Positions 21,359 to 31,710 of a stretch of 64,000 nucleotides of DNA are shown one piece after another. Both the position numbers and the translations under genes were made by a program. The stretch's first letter is position 1. Every line of letters starts with the position of its first letter. The stretch is taken from contig JBBQQL010000001.1 in assembly GCA_038215995.1 (NCBI GenBank), positions 15,514 to 79,513 on the forward strand, in the 5' to 3' direction. The DNA is from Lysobacterales bacterium. GTDB taxonomy: Bacteria; Pseudomonadota; Gammaproteobacteria; Xanthomonadales; Rhodanobacteraceae. The notes beneath the pieces were generated by a model that did no database searches, had not been told where the DNA came from, and saw only the letters and a list, made by a program, of their open reading frames with translations.

Positions 21359-22642
21359 ATGGCCGCCGACCGCGCAGGGGATCTGCTCAAGACACTGGGG
21401 CCGCCACCAAAGCGCGGCGGGCTGCGCAGGGGGTGGCGGTGGCTGCTGATCCTGCTCGTCCTGCTGGGCGCAATTGCCGCTGGCTTCGCGTTCTTCCTCA
21501 GCGGTGGCTCGTCTGCTCCACTCTACGAGACTGCCGCGGTCAGCCGTGGTGATCTGGTGGTACGGGTGACGGCCACCGGCAACCTGCAGCCGATCAACCA
21601 GGTCGATGTCGGTAGCGAGCTGTCGGGCACCATGGAAGCGGTGCTGGTGGACGTCAACAACAAGGTCACGCGTGGCCAGGTGTTGGCGCAACTGGATGTC
21701 TCGCGGCTACAGGACCAGTTGGCCAATGCGCGTGGCGCACTGGCGTCGGCGCAGGCCCAGGTGAACCTGGCGGCCGCCACGGTGAAGGAGACCCGCCTGC
21801 AGTTCGGTCGGCTCAGCAGCCTGTTCAAGTTGAGCCACGGCGAGCACCCGGCCAAGGCCGATGTGGACACCGCCGAGGCTGCGTCGCAGCGCTCACTGGC
21901 CTCGCTCGCCAGCGCCCGTGCGGCGGTCACCCAGGCGCAGGCCTCGCTGAGTTCGGGCGAAACGAATCTGGCCAAGGCCTCGATCCGCTCGCCGATCGAC
22001 GGGGTGGTACTCAGCCGCACGATCGAACCGGGCCAGACCGTGGCTGCCTCGCTGCAGGCGCCGGTGCTGTTTACGCTGGCCGAGGATCTTTCCAAGATGG
22101 AGCTGCAGGTCGATGTCGACGAAGCCGATGTTGGCGTGGTGCGCGATGGTCAGGACGCCATGTTCACGGTCGATGCCTATCCGGGGCGCGAGTATCCAGC
22201 CAAGGTACGCCGGGTGGGTTTCGGCTCGCAGACGAAGGATGGCGTGGTGTCGTATCTGACCGTGCTGACCGTCGACAACAATGATCTCAGCCTGCGCCCG
22301 GGCATGACTGCCACTGCCTCGATCGTGGTCAGCGAGCGCCGCAACGTGCTGCGGGTGCCCAGCGCTGCGCTACGCTTTACGCCCTCGACGACGCCCGCCA
22401 CGGCGGCGCCGGCTTCCGGCAGCCTGGTCAATCGGCTGATGCCACATCCGCCGCGCGGCGCGGCGGCGAAACCCGCGGCACTGGCAGGTACGGCACGCCA
22501 GGTCTGGATCCTGCGTGATGGCCAGCCGGTGGCCCTGCCAGTCAGTATCGGTGCCAGCGACGGCAAGCAGAGCGAGGTGACCGCTGGCGAGCTGAAAGCC
22601 GGCATGCAGGTAATCACCGGGCGCGCAGGCACGTCGCCATGA
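21359..22642 (+). CDS. Efflux membrane-fusion (periplasmic adaptor) protein, MacA-like
   Basis: N-terminal TM; ATGNLQPINQVDVGSELSG; IRSPIDGVVLSR..GQTVAASLQAPVLF; VDEADVG; LRPGMTA. Confidence 0.9.
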   Translation: MAADRAGDLLKTLGPPPKRGGLRRGWRWLLILLVLLGAIAAGFAFFLSGGSSAPLYETAAVSRGDLVVRVTATGNLQPINQVDVGSELSGTMEAVLVDVNNKVTRGQVLAQLDVSRLQDQLANARGALASAQAQVNLAAATVKETRLQFGRLSSLFKLSHGEHPAKADVDTAEAASQRSLASLASARAAVTQAQASLSSGETNLAKASIRSPIDGVVLSRTIEPGQTVAASLQAPVLFTLAEDLSKMELQVDVDEADVGVVRDGQDAMFTVDAYPGREYPAKVRRVGFGSQTKDGVVSYLTVLTVDNNDLSLRPGMTATASIVVSERRNVLRVPSAALRFTPSTTPATAAPASGSLVNRLMPHPPRGAAAKPAALAGTARQVWILRDGQPVALPVSIGASDGKQSEVTAGELKAGMQVITGRAGTSP

Positions 22643-23373
22643 GTTCGGCCGCGACGGATGCTGGTGCGGCCTCCACGCCAGCGTTGATCGAGCTGATCGG
22701 CGTCACCAAGACCTATGGTCAGGGCGCGGTGGCGATGCAGGCGCTGCGCGGCGTCGATCTGGTGGTGCATGAGGGCGAGTTCGTCGCCATCATGGGTCCC
22801 AGCGGATCGGGCAAGTCCACCGCGATGAACATCCTCGGCTGTCTCGACGTGCCGACCACGGGCAGCTACCGCTTTCGCGGCGTCGCGGTGGAAACGCTGT
22901 CGCGCAATCAGCGGGCGCTGCTGCGGCGCAACTACCTCGGCTTCGTGTTCCAGGGCTACAACCTGCTCGGACGCACCTCGGCGCTGGAGAACGTGGAACT
23001 GCCGCTGCTCTATCGCGGCGAGCCGCCGGCCGCACGTCATGCCGCCGCACGCGAGGCGCTGGCCGCAGTGGGCCTGACCGATTGGGAGCACCATTCGCCG
23101 GCCGAGATGTCCGGTGGCCAGCAGCAGCGCGCGGCGATCGCCCGCGCCATCGTCACCCATCCGGCGGTGCTGCTCGCCGACGAACCCACCGGCAATCTCG
23201 ACACCCAGCGCAGCCGCGAGATCATGGATCTGGTCGTCGCGCTCAACCGCGATCGCGGCATCACTGTGCTGATGGTGACCCACGAACCGGACATGGCGGC
23301 CTATGCTCGGCGCATCGTGCGCTTCGTCGATGGCCGCGTGGAGAGCGACATCCGCAACCCGGAGCCGGCGTAA
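22639..23373 (+). CDS. ABC transporter ATP-binding protein (MacB/LolD-like)
   Basis: GPSGSGKST, MSGGQQQRAAIARA, LLADEPTGNLD, MVTHE. Confidence 0.95.
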   Translation: MSSAATDAGAASTPALIELIGVTKTYGQGAVAMQALRGVDLVVHEGEFVAIMGPSGSGKSTAMNILGCLDVPTTGSYRFRGVAVETLSRNQRALLRRNYLGFVFQGYNLLGRTSALENVELPLLYRGEPPAARHAAAREALAAVGLTDWEHHSPAEMSGGQQQRAAIARAIVTHPAVLLADEPTGNLDTQRSREIMDLVVALNRDRGITVLMVTHEPDMAAYARRIVRFVDGRVESDIRNPEPA

Positions 23374-24581
23374 TGCTCTGGAATACGCTGCTGCTGGCGC
23401 TCAGGGAGATCCACCGCAACCTGACCCGCTCGTTCCTCACCGTGCTGGGCATCCTGATCGGCGTGGCTGCGGTGATCACCATGGTCACCCTGGGCAACGG
23501 TGCCACCGTGGCAGTGTCCGCCCAGATATCCAGCCTCGGCAGCAACCTGTTGATGGTACGGCCGGGGCAGCGGCTTGGCGCCAGCCGCGACACCGCCGGC
23601 GCGTCGGCATTCAAACTGGCCGACGCCAGCGCGATCGAGAGCGAGGTCAGCCAGCTCAATAGCGTGGCGCCCGTGGTCTCACGCACGGTGACGGTGGTGC
23701 ACCTGGCCAGCAACTGGTCGACCAGCGTGGTCGGCAGCAGCAACGCCTACTTCAGCGTCGGAAACTGGAAGATCGTCGACGGGCGCATCTTCTCCGACGC
23801 CGAACTGCAGACCGGCAAGGCAGTCTGCGTGCTGGGCGAAACCACGAGCAACAAGCTGTTCGGCAGCGAAAACCCGGTCGGCGGCACGATCCGCATCAAG
23901 CAGTTTTCCTGCGAGGTGATCGGCCTGCTGGCGGCCAAGGGCCAGTCCTCGATGGGCCGCGACCAGGACGACACCATCATCATGCCGCTGCGCACGGTGC
24001 AGCGCCGGCTCACCGGCAACCAGGACGTCGGCATGCTGCTGGTATCGGTCCAGGACGGTGCATCGACCAGCCAGGCCAAGCAGCAGATCGAGGTGCTGAT
24101 GCGCGAGCGACGCCGCATCGCCGCCAACCAGGAGGACGATTTCAACGTCCTCGACACCCGCGAGATTGCCGAGATGCTGTCCAGCACCACCCGCGTGCTC
24201 ACGCTGTTGCTGGGCGCGGTGGCGGCGGTCAGCCTGCTGGTGGGTGGCGTGGGCATCATGAACATCATGCTGGTGTCGGTGACCGAGCGCACCCGCGAGA
24301 TCGGTATCCGGCTGGCGGTGGGTGCGCTGGAGCGTGAGGTGCTGCTGCAGTTCCTGATCGAGGCGGTGGTGCTGTCCTCGATCGGTGGCCTGTTGGGCAT
24401 GCTGCTGGCCACCGTCGCCTCGATCGTGCTGGCCAACCTGATGGCGGTGCCCTATGTCTTCGGGCTGCAGATCAATCTGCTGGCGTTTCTGTTTTCGGCG
24501 GCGATCGGGGTGATCTTCGGCTATTTCCCCGCGCGCCGCGCTGCACACATGGATCCGATCGAGGCGCTGCGCCATGAATGA
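23373..24581 (+). CDS. MacB-like ABC transporter permease
   Basis: RSFLTVLGILIGVAAVITMV, GVGIMNIMLVSVTERTREIGIRLAVGA, DPIEALRHE; TAATG overlap with ATPase. Confidence 0.94.
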   Translation: MLWNTLLLALREIHRNLTRSFLTVLGILIGVAAVITMVTLGNGATVAVSAQISSLGSNLLMVRPGQRLGASRDTAGASAFKLADASAIESEVSQLNSVAPVVSRTVTVVHLASNWSTSVVGSSNAYFSVGNWKIVDGRIFSDAELQTGKAVCVLGETTSNKLFGSENPVGGTIRIKQFSCEVIGLLAAKGQSSMGRDQDDTIIMPLRTVQRRLTGNQDVGMLLVSVQDGASTSQAKQQIEVLMRERRRIAANQEDDFNVLDTREIAEMLSSTTRVLTLLLGAVAAVSLLVGGVGIMNIMLVSVTERTREIGIRLAVGALEREVLLQFLIEAVVLSSIGGLLGMLLATVASIVLANLMAVPYVFGLQINLLAFLFSAAIGVIFGYFPARRAAHMDPIEALRHE

Positions 24582-24769
24582 TTCGGTCGCTTCTCCCCCT
24601 CCTTGTCCGAACCTGAGCTTTTGTTTTCTCCAGACTATCCGCTGCCCCGGCGCGGCATTCGATCGCGCCGCAGACTACCTCGGGCCGACAGGCGCATCTG
24701 CACTCACAGCCAGCACCCAAAGGGGTTGAATCACTTCGTCATCTCCGCATCCACCGTCAAGGACATGCC

Positions 24770-25171
24770 ATGCAAACTGTTTTTATAGGACGCGCGTTTT
24801 CGGTGATAGAACGGCTCGGCTTGCTGACCATTCTCGTCGCAACGCTGCTCATCGGCTATCACGAAGTGCGCCTGATGATCGCTTCCGGGCAGGCCAACGT
24901 GAGCGACCTGCTGTTGCTGTTCATGTATGTCGAAGTGATTTCGATGGTCGAGGTCTACTGGAGTGCGGGCAAGCTTCCTGTGCGCATGCCGCTGTATATC
25001 GCGATGGTGGCGCTGGCCCGGCACATGCTGATCGAGCAGGGCCTGCTTGCACTGGACCTGCTCGGCACGGCGCTCGCCATCCTGCTGCTGGCGGTATCCG
25101 TCGTGGTGGTGCGTTACGGCCACCTGAAACTGCCCTACCGCGATGCGATCGACGAACGACATCTGAGCTGA
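24770..25171 (+). CDS. PsiE-family (phosphate-starvation-inducible) membrane protein
   Basis: DLLLLFMYVEVISMV..Y...GKLPVRMPLYIAMVALAR. Confidence 0.85.
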   Translation: MQTVFIGRAFSVIERLGLLTILVATLLIGYHEVRLMIASGQANVSDLLLLFMYVEVISMVEVYWSAGKLPVRMPLYIAMVALARHMLIEQGLLALDLLGTALAILLLAVSVVVVRYGHLKLPYRDAIDERHLS

Positions 25172-25304
25172 CCCAGCGGCTTGCCACGTTGCGGGATCGT
25201 GGTGGCAAGGTGCCGACTGGCGGCGACGAAGGCAGAATCAGCATGCAACCTGCGCAGCGTCCTGCCAACAGGATCCGGTAACAGCAACAGCCAGCTTCAG
25301 GCCA

Positions 25305-26900
25305 TCATCCGCCCGCCATCTTTTCCGGGTGCGCGACAAGATAGGCACGCATTTCCGCAGCCTGCGACTTGAACTGCGGCTGGCTGCCGAAATGATCGAT
25401 GAAATAGTGGATCGTCTCGTAGCGGCCAGCCAGGTTGTGATCCATCTGGTTGCAGGCGCGCACGATGTAGCCACTCGGATTTTCGGGATGGCGACTGATC
25501 AGGATGTCGGCCAGCGCCTCTGCCTTGTCCGGTTGGTGGCCGGCGTGATTGTAGAGGTCCCCGAGTTCGGCCATCGCCCGTTGATTGTCCGGCTCGCGTT
25601 TGAGTACGGCCAGATAGGTGCTTTCGGCCTCCTTCACATGGCTCGTAGCGGTATAGATATTGCCCAGCACGGTGGCGATTCCCTGGTCTTGCGGAGAGCG
25701 CTGCACGGCTTGTACAACACTCTCGATGGCGCCATCCGTATCGCCGAGCATCATCATCTGGCGTGCGCGCCAACGCAGTACATCGGGGTTCCGCGGATTG
25801 AATCGCAGCGACTCCGAATAGAGCTCCACCGCCAGGTGATGGAGTCCGGCGTTATAGGCCTCGTTGGCAAGATCGGCCAGGCTCGCAGAGCTGCTGTCCT
25901 TGTCGGCAGCGATGGTGAGCAGACGGATCTCCTGGGCATGAGTGGCTCCGCAGTCACAGGTCGCGCGATCAACCGCCGGCGTATGCGCCACCATCCGCAA
26001 CAGCGGGTTGCGCGGCACCAGCGCATCGACCTCGCTTTGCTGCTCGCTCTCGCCGCCGAACATGCTGCCCCACCGGCGCTGCGCCATCGCCATCATCTGG
26101 CCACGCAGAGCGAAGTTCGACGGCTCCACGGCCAGTCCGCGGCGAGCTGCCTGATAGGTATAGGCGATGTCCGCCCCCATCGCGCCCACGTAAATCATCG
26201 ATGTGTAGGGAGCGACCATCCCGGGCGAGAGTGCTGCGGCACGTTCGAGGTCTTGCCGCGCAAGCACGAGTTGCTGGTGCATCCCCACGCGCTGGCCATC
26301 GCTCAGATCACGCGCCCAACCATCGCCACGCGCCAGTTGGGCCGCGGCTTCGTACTGCATACCGCTGGCTTCGGACGCGAACGCACTTTGTGGTGACTGC
26401 CGCTTCCATTCATCGATGATCCTGCGCGTGGCCGCGCTGGCATCCATGAAGCCGGCATCAATGAAGGCCGTGTCGAGCGCGCCGGGTTGACCGGGATCGT
26501 GCAGCTGCTTGTCGAGGTAGCCGGCAAATGTACGATCCACTTCCGCCGCCTTGCCCTGTTGCAGCAGGGCATCAAGCTCGGCCAGTGACATGCTGCGGCG
26601 GTTGCGCAGCTGGCAATAGGCGCTGCTGGTTGCCTCGTTCCAGTGGCTGCCCGGCAGATTCGGATAGCGCAGGCAACGCTGCAGCGGGTCGGCGATGCCA
26701 TCGGCATGACGTACAGCCTTGATGAACCCGACGTAGTCGGCAGTCGCCTGCCTCGCCTGGTCGCCCGCGCGCGTTCCATTCCAGGCCCGAAGCATCAGAA
26801 CAATAGCCACCAGCCCCAGCAACAGGGCGAGCAGAAGCCGCTGCCTGTTCTTGCCGCGAGCACTGGTCGCGCCGGCATCTCTGCCGTTCAAGGAATCCAT
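25305..26900 (-). CDS. Membrane-anchored hypothetical protein with DUF4034-like region and TPR repeats
   Basis: N-terminal TM; EWKRQSPQSAFA, ARGDGWA, QRRWGS; C-terminal TPR-like repeats (LYSESLRFNP, YLAVLKREPDN). Confidence 0.65.
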   Translation of the reverse strand: MDSLNGRDAGATSARGKNRQRLLLALLLGLVAIVLMLRAWNGTRAGDQARQATADYVGFIKAVRHADGIADPLQRCLRYPNLPGSHWNEATSSAYCQLRNRRSMSLAELDALLQQGKAAEVDRTFAGYLDKQLHDPGQPGALDTAFIDAGFMDASAATRRIIDEWKRQSPQSAFASEASGMQYEAAAQLARGDGWARDLSDGQRVGMHQQLVLARQDLERAAALSPGMVAPYTSMIYVGAMGADIAYTYQAARRGLAVEPSNFALRGQMMAMAQRRWGSMFGGESEQQSEVDALVPRNPLLRMVAHTPAVDRATCDCGATHAQEIRLLTIAADKDSSSASLADLANEAYNAGLHHLAVELYSESLRFNPRNPDVLRWRARQMMMLGDTDGAIESVVQAVQRSPQDQGIATVLGNIYTATSHVKEAESTYLAVLKREPDNQRAMAELGDLYNHAGHQPDKAEALADILISRHPENPSGYIVRACNQMDHNLAGRYETIHYFIDHFGSQPQFKSQAAEMRAYLVAHPEKMAGG

Positions 26901-27044
26901 GCAATCTCCCATTCCTGGTGAATCGGTGTGTTGTCCGCATACTTCACCGCCATGCATTTCGCCGATGGCGACTGCATTGAAACCATGCAGGTTTCCTGCA
27001 CCCGCCGATGCGCGCCGGGAGCCATCCGGCGCGCATGGGAGAGC

Positions 27045-27482
27045 TCAGATTTCGTCAGCAGGTACGGGCAACGGTGGTTGTGCCGACGACATCCGATGAT
27101 AGGCGAACGTTCCGCGCACGCCATTGATGAACAACATCAACAACACCACGCCCAAGGCCAGACCGACAATCGCAAACTGCGGCTGGGTCGCATACTGGAA
27201 GATCTTTTCGAGCACAAAAAGGCAAAGACCTGCCACGGCGAACGCCTTCGAACGTCGACGGATACGCCAGGCAATCAGCCCGAACAGCGCCGCGTCAACA
27301 TAGGCCCCTGCACCGATCCCCATCGCGCTGGCATGTGTCACCACACTCACAGTGGCGAAAAGTGCAGTAACCACGCCACAGAACAAAGCGGCCCAGAACC
27401 CGCCGTTGGACGCCTGCTCTGCATCCGCCACATTGCCAAACTGAGGCCAGTACCAGCGTTCTGACTCATATTTCCTGACCAT
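27045..27482 (-). CDS. Hypothetical membrane protein (about 4 TM)
   Basis: Hydrophobic segments; DAALFGLIAWRIRRRSKAFAV; LFINGVRGTFAYH. Confidence 0.7.
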   Translation of the reverse strand: MVRKYESERWYWPQFGNVADAEQASNGGFWAALFCGVVTALFATVSVVTHASAMGIGAGAYVDAALFGLIAWRIRRRSKAFAVAGLCLFVLEKIFQYATQPQFAIVGLALGVVLLMLFINGVRGTFAYHRMSSAQPPLPVPADEI

Positions 27483-27886
27483 GCATTCCCTCCCCTGAAT
27501 ACCACCGACTGTCGCCAGCGCCACGCGCGCTCCGGCCCGTTACGGCATGCTATGACCAAACCGGCTCTGGCGTGAACCCTTCGACGCAACCAACAGGTCA
27601 TCCCGAATCGGAATGGCCCCCTGCCTGACCCGAAGCCCTCGACGTGTGCGAGTGAGCAGATGAGAGCCTGATTCGGAACTTCCATAGCGGAGCGCCTGGA
27701 CGGCTGTCGAACGGGCGAGACCATGCGCAGGAAACGACTTTCCGTGGCATTGGCCGCCAACAAAGTGCACTCTGGACGCTTCTGGTTCCTGACGTGTTTC
27801 CTCCTGAATGACCAACGATGGACCATGACGGCTGCGGTGGTTATCGGGTGAGGAGGCGACATCACCCGCAGCCTGGGAGAGACGAC

Positions 27887-28315
27887 ATGACCGACAAACA
27901 TGCAGGCCGCTGTTTTTGTGGTGCCGTGGAGATCGAAGTCACCGGCGCGCCCGAGGCGATGGGCTACTGCCATTGCCGCTCCTGCCGCTCCTGGTCAGCC
28001 GGGCCGGTCAACGCCTTCACCCTGTGGAAACCCGACAGCGTCAAAGTCACCAAGGGTGCGCAATACATCGGTCATTTCCAGAAAACTGCTGCGAGCGATC
28101 GGCAGTTCTGCACGCAGTGCGGTGGCCATCTGATGACCGGCCACCCGAGCTTTGGCCTTACCGATGTGTACGCCGCGACGATCCCCAGCCTCACCTTCAT
28201 GCCCGGCGTCCACGTGAACTACGCCGAGACCGTGCTGCGGATGCAGGACGGACTGCCCAAGCTGCGGGACTTCCCGGCCGAGCTCGGTGGCTCGGGCGAG
28301 ACTGTCCCCGAATAA
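27887..28315 (+). CDS. GFA/CENP-V family zinc-binding protein
   Basis: GRCFCGAV, YCHCRSCR, RQFCTQCGGHL. Confidence 0.92.
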   Translation: MTDKHAGRCFCGAVEIEVTGAPEAMGYCHCRSCRSWSAGPVNAFTLWKPDSVKVTKGAQYIGHFQKTAASDRQFCTQCGGHLMTGHPSFGLTDVYAATIPSLTFMPGVHVNYAETVLRMQDGLPKLRDFPAELGGSGETVPE

Positions 28316-28684
28316 TCGCGCTAGTGACAGAGCCGACAGCACGCGCCAGCTGATGCGTTTCGGGCGCTGGCGTGCAGTTTATGGCGGCTGCCCGAGCGAC
28401 TTTACCGGACGAGTGACGCCGGCAAAGGCAGCCACGAATAGCGTGCGATCAGGGCATCGGTGCGCTTGTCACAACGAAACTGCTCGGCAGTTTGCTCGTG
28501 ATCCGGCTTACACGATGGGCATTCATTTCAGCACGCGCGCCGACTCGTCTGCCCGCTCCGAAACGCGCCTGGAATATACCGTTGCCCGGCACGATAACTT
28601 GGTGCATACGTGCCACCGTTGATGCATCATGACCTGCATATCCGGTTGACTGCCGGTGGTTTCGAAAGGGGATCGGCCAGTAGG

Positions 28685-30235
28685 ATGCGAAGCCGGAATA
28701 CCACTCTGATAGCTGTAGCCGTAACCCTGCTGGCCACGGGCATACCTGTGCTGGCCGCGCTCTACCTCGCTGATCGCGAGAGTATTTCCGAGGCTTCGAC
28801 CCAGACACAGGTCATGGCGGGAGCCTTGCTCGTCCGGGCCGAGAGCATGGCTGACCAGGCAACAGCCGCCTATGACCGGTTGCGCGCACTGAAGACAGCA
28901 CCATGCTCGAATGTCGGCCGGCAGCAGATGATTGCCATCGCGCTGGACTACAGCTATCTGAAAGCCGTGGGTTACGTCATCGATGGCCGCGTCGCGTGCT
29001 CGTCTTTTGCGCCCAAGGGCGACGGATCCAGGCTCGAACCGTTTGCCTATACCGGCATGTCCGACGTTCGAGTTGCCCCGCATGCCGACCTGGGCACCGG
29101 CAAGCGGTTTCTGGTTTTCGAAAAGGATGACTATGTAGCTGCCATCCTCCCCGAAGTGCTGGTCGACGTACCATTCGATCAGGCCCACATTTCCTCAGGC
29201 GTGATCGGCAGGAGCAAGTGGCTGCGCCTTGCCGGAAGCGGCCCGTTCGATCCGCGATGGCAGCAACAGTTGGGCCGGGCCCATCGGTCCACCTTTGTCG
29301 AGAACGGCAACCTGGTGACGATCAAAGTATCGACACGTTACGATCTGGCCAGTTACAGCACCATTCCCATCGCCAATCTGCGCTCCCGCATCGTCGCGTT
29401 TGCCATCATTCTGGTGCCGATCGGCCTGCTGCTTGGTGTGGCTGCCGCCCTGGCGATCCTCTATCTGGTTCGACAACGCACATCACTGCCTGCCCTGCTG
29501 CGAAGTGCCATCAAGAAGCAGGAGTTTGTGCTGCATTACCAGCCGATCGTCGAGCTGGCCTCCGGTCGCATGGTGGGCGCCGAAGCGCTGCTGCGCTGGC
29601 CACGCCACGACGGCAGCCAGGTCATGCGGCCGGACGCTTTTATTCGGGTCGCCGAGGACTGCGGGTTGATACGGAGCCTGACCGCCTACGTGCTGGCACG
29701 GGTGGCTATCGAGGCACCGGCTTTCGTCCGCCAACATCCGGATGGCTACATCAGCATCAATCTCTCGCCTGCTGATCTGCATGATGAGCGCATCCTCGAG
29801 CAGTTGCGCCAACTGAGTGCAACGCCTGGCCTCATGGCTGGGAATCTGGTGGTGGAGGTCACTGAGCATTCCTTCCTTGATCCGAAGCATGCCAGCAAAA
29901 ACATTGCGGCGATTCGCGCGCTCGGCATACGTGTGGCGATTGATGATTTCGGTACCGGCTTTTCCAGCCTCTCCCACCTCACCACGCTGAAGACCGACTA
30001 CCTCAAGATCGACAAGGTCTTCGTGGATACCATCGGCACCGACTCGGCCACCAGCGAGGTGGCACTTCACATCGTGCGCATCGCGCATTCGCTCGATCTG
30101 ACGGTGAGCGCTGAAGGTGTCGAAAGCCGAGTGCAGGCCGACTTTCTGTTCGAGCATGGCGTCAAATACGCGCAAGGCTGGCTGTTCAGTCAGGCGCAAC
30201 CCATGGAGACCGTGCTGCTGCAGTCATCTGGCTGA
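28685..30235 (+). CDS. CSS-motif sensor EAL phosphodiesterase
   Basis: Two TM flanking a periplasmic region with PCS and VACSS; LHYQPIV, GAEALLRW, VAIDDFGTGFSSL, YLKIDKVFV. Confidence 0.9.
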   Translation: MRSRNTTLIAVAVTLLATGIPVLAALYLADRESISEASTQTQVMAGALLVRAESMADQATAAYDRLRALKTAPCSNVGRQQMIAIALDYSYLKAVGYVIDGRVACSSFAPKGDGSRLEPFAYTGMSDVRVAPHADLGTGKRFLVFEKDDYVAAILPEVLVDVPFDQAHISSGVIGRSKWLRLAGSGPFDPRWQQQLGRAHRSTFVENGNLVTIKVSTRYDLASYSTIPIANLRSRIVAFAIILVPIGLLLGVAAALAILYLVRQRTSLPALLRSAIKKQEFVLHYQPIVELASGRMVGAEALLRWPRHDGSQVMRPDAFIRVAEDCGLIRSLTAYVLARVAIEAPAFVRQHPDGYISINLSPADLHDERILEQLRQLSATPGLMAGNLVVEVTEHSFLDPKHASKNIAAIRALGIRVAIDDFGTGFSSLSHLTTLKTDYLKIDKVFVDTIGTDSATSEVALHIVRIAHSLDLTVSAEGVESRVQADFLFEHGVKYAQGWLFSQAQPMETVLLQSSG

Positions 30236-30384
30236 AGCGCGACGCGCAAGAGTCGCCTTCCGGCCTTTTCCAGCGCACAGGTCTTGGTGTTCGCAACACC
30301 GGCGTAACCGCCGGGTGCAGCGGTGTCCGCGACAAAAATGCCCCCTGTCTGGCCCGTGTTCCCCTGTTTGCGTCAGCCGAAACC

Positions 30385-31710
30385 TCAGCTCCCAGCCTTC
30401 GGGTAGATCCGGCCATTCTTGATCACCAGGGTGATCTTGCCAGTGTTGTGGATGTCGTTTGTCGGGTCGGCGCTGAGCACGACCAGGTCGGCGCGCTTGC
30501 CGACGGCAATCGTGCCGCGCTGCGTCGACTGTCCCATCGCGGCGGCGCTGACCTCCGTGGCGGCGCGAATCGCCTCGATCGGGCTGAAGCCGGCATGCTC
30601 CACCAGCAAGGCCATTTCCGCGTGCACCTGAGGCAAGGCGCGCAGATCGGGGCCGTGGCTATCGACCGCCAGCCCGGAGCTGTCCGAACCCGCATCGATC
30701 AACACACCTTGCTCATGCGCCAGCCGGGTTACCGCATAGCTCCACGGCATGATGCCGGCACCCACCTTCGCCGGATCGTGCTCCGCTTCCTGCTGGAACG
30801 GCAGCAAGGTGGCATCGAGGATCGTGCCGTGCTGCTTCATCGCCTTGAACAGCGCGAGGATTGGTGGTGCATCCGGGCGGATGTGCTCGAAGTCGCCCAG
30901 CGCGCGCACGCGGTAGTCGTCCGGCACCTTCGGCGCCGCTGCCCAGACCAGGTACGGGCTGTGCGAGATGGTGTCGGCACCGGCAGCCACCGCATCGGCC
31001 GGCGTGGCCGGGAAGATCGTCGCGTGCGTCCACACGCGCAGCCCCTGTCGATGCGCCTCGGCGGTGAGCTTGCTGACCAGCGCCGCGGGCAGGTTCGCGT
31101 AGAGCTTGAGCGCGGTCGCCCCGGTGCCCTTGGCCTCGGCCACGGCGAGCGGAATATCGGTGTTGGCGCTGATCGCCTGCATCCACGGCGCAAATCCGAG
31201 CCGCTCGCCCGCGGAAGCCTCCTGCGCACGCGCGTCTTCGGCGAAGAACGTCGGCCCGGCCATCAGTGCCACGTAGTAGATGTCCGGCGACGCCAGCCCG
31301 TCGGAGTTCGCCTCGCTGGCGAGATAGCTGACCAGACGGTCGTGGCCCGCCATGTCGCGCACGGCGGTGACGCCGCCTAGCAGCAGGGCACGCAGATGCG
31401 GCACGTAGTGCGCAAAATCGGGCTCGGCACCGGTGAGATGCACATGGGCATCAATCAGCCCCGGGATCACGTAACGCCCGCTAAGGTCCTCGACCCGTGC
31501 GCCCTTCGGTGCCGCGCGGCTGCCGTCCGGATAGATCGCCGCGATGCGATCGCCATCGATCGCGATGGTCATCTGCCGCTGCGCTGGCGCGCCGCTGCCG
31601 TCGATGATCGCCACATGGGTCAGCAGCAGCGCTGGCTCGGCGGCAAGCGCCGGCATGATCCATGCGGTAAAGCACAGCAACGCGATGCGCCTGATGATGC
31701 GTACGGACAT
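30385..31710 (-). CDS. Secreted amidohydrolase family protein
   Basis: Signal peptide; VIPGLIDAHVHL, GVTAVRDM, AGSDS, GTIAVGKRADLVVLSADP. Confidence 0.9.
   Translation of the reverse strand: MSVRIIRRIALLCFTAWIMPALAAEPALLLTHVAIIDGSGAPAQRQMTIAIDGDRIAAIYPDGSRAAPKGARVEDLSGRYVIPGLIDAHVHLTGAEPDFAHYVPHLRALLLGGVTAVRDMAGHDRLVSYLASEANSDGLASPDIYYVALMAGPTFFAEDARAQEASAGERLGFAPWMQAISANTDIPLAVAEAKGTGATALKLYANLPAALVSKLTAEAHRQGLRVWTHATIFPATPADAVAAGADTISHSPYLVWAAAPKVPDDYRVRALGDFEHIRPDAPPILALFKAMKQHGTILDATLLPFQQEAEHDPAKVGAGIMPWSYAVTRLAHEQGVLIDAGSDSSGLAVDSHGPDLRALPQVHAEMALLVEHAGFSPIEAIRAATEVSAAAMGQSTQRGTIAVGKRADLVVLSADPTNDIHNTGKITLVIKNGRIYPKAGS

Noticed and set aside
24600-24770. Pho box upstream of the PsiE-like gene
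   Set aside because: GTCAT/GTCAA half-sites are 18 bp apart, not the 11-bp period
27540-27815. 91-aa ORF (VHFVGGQCHGKSF)
   Set aside because: No convincing RBS or family match; may be a remnant but cannot be supported
28320-28610. Possible c-di-GMP riboswitch upstream of the EAL gene
   Set aside because: Only a GGCAAA hexamer; the surrounding stems and conserved motifs are absent
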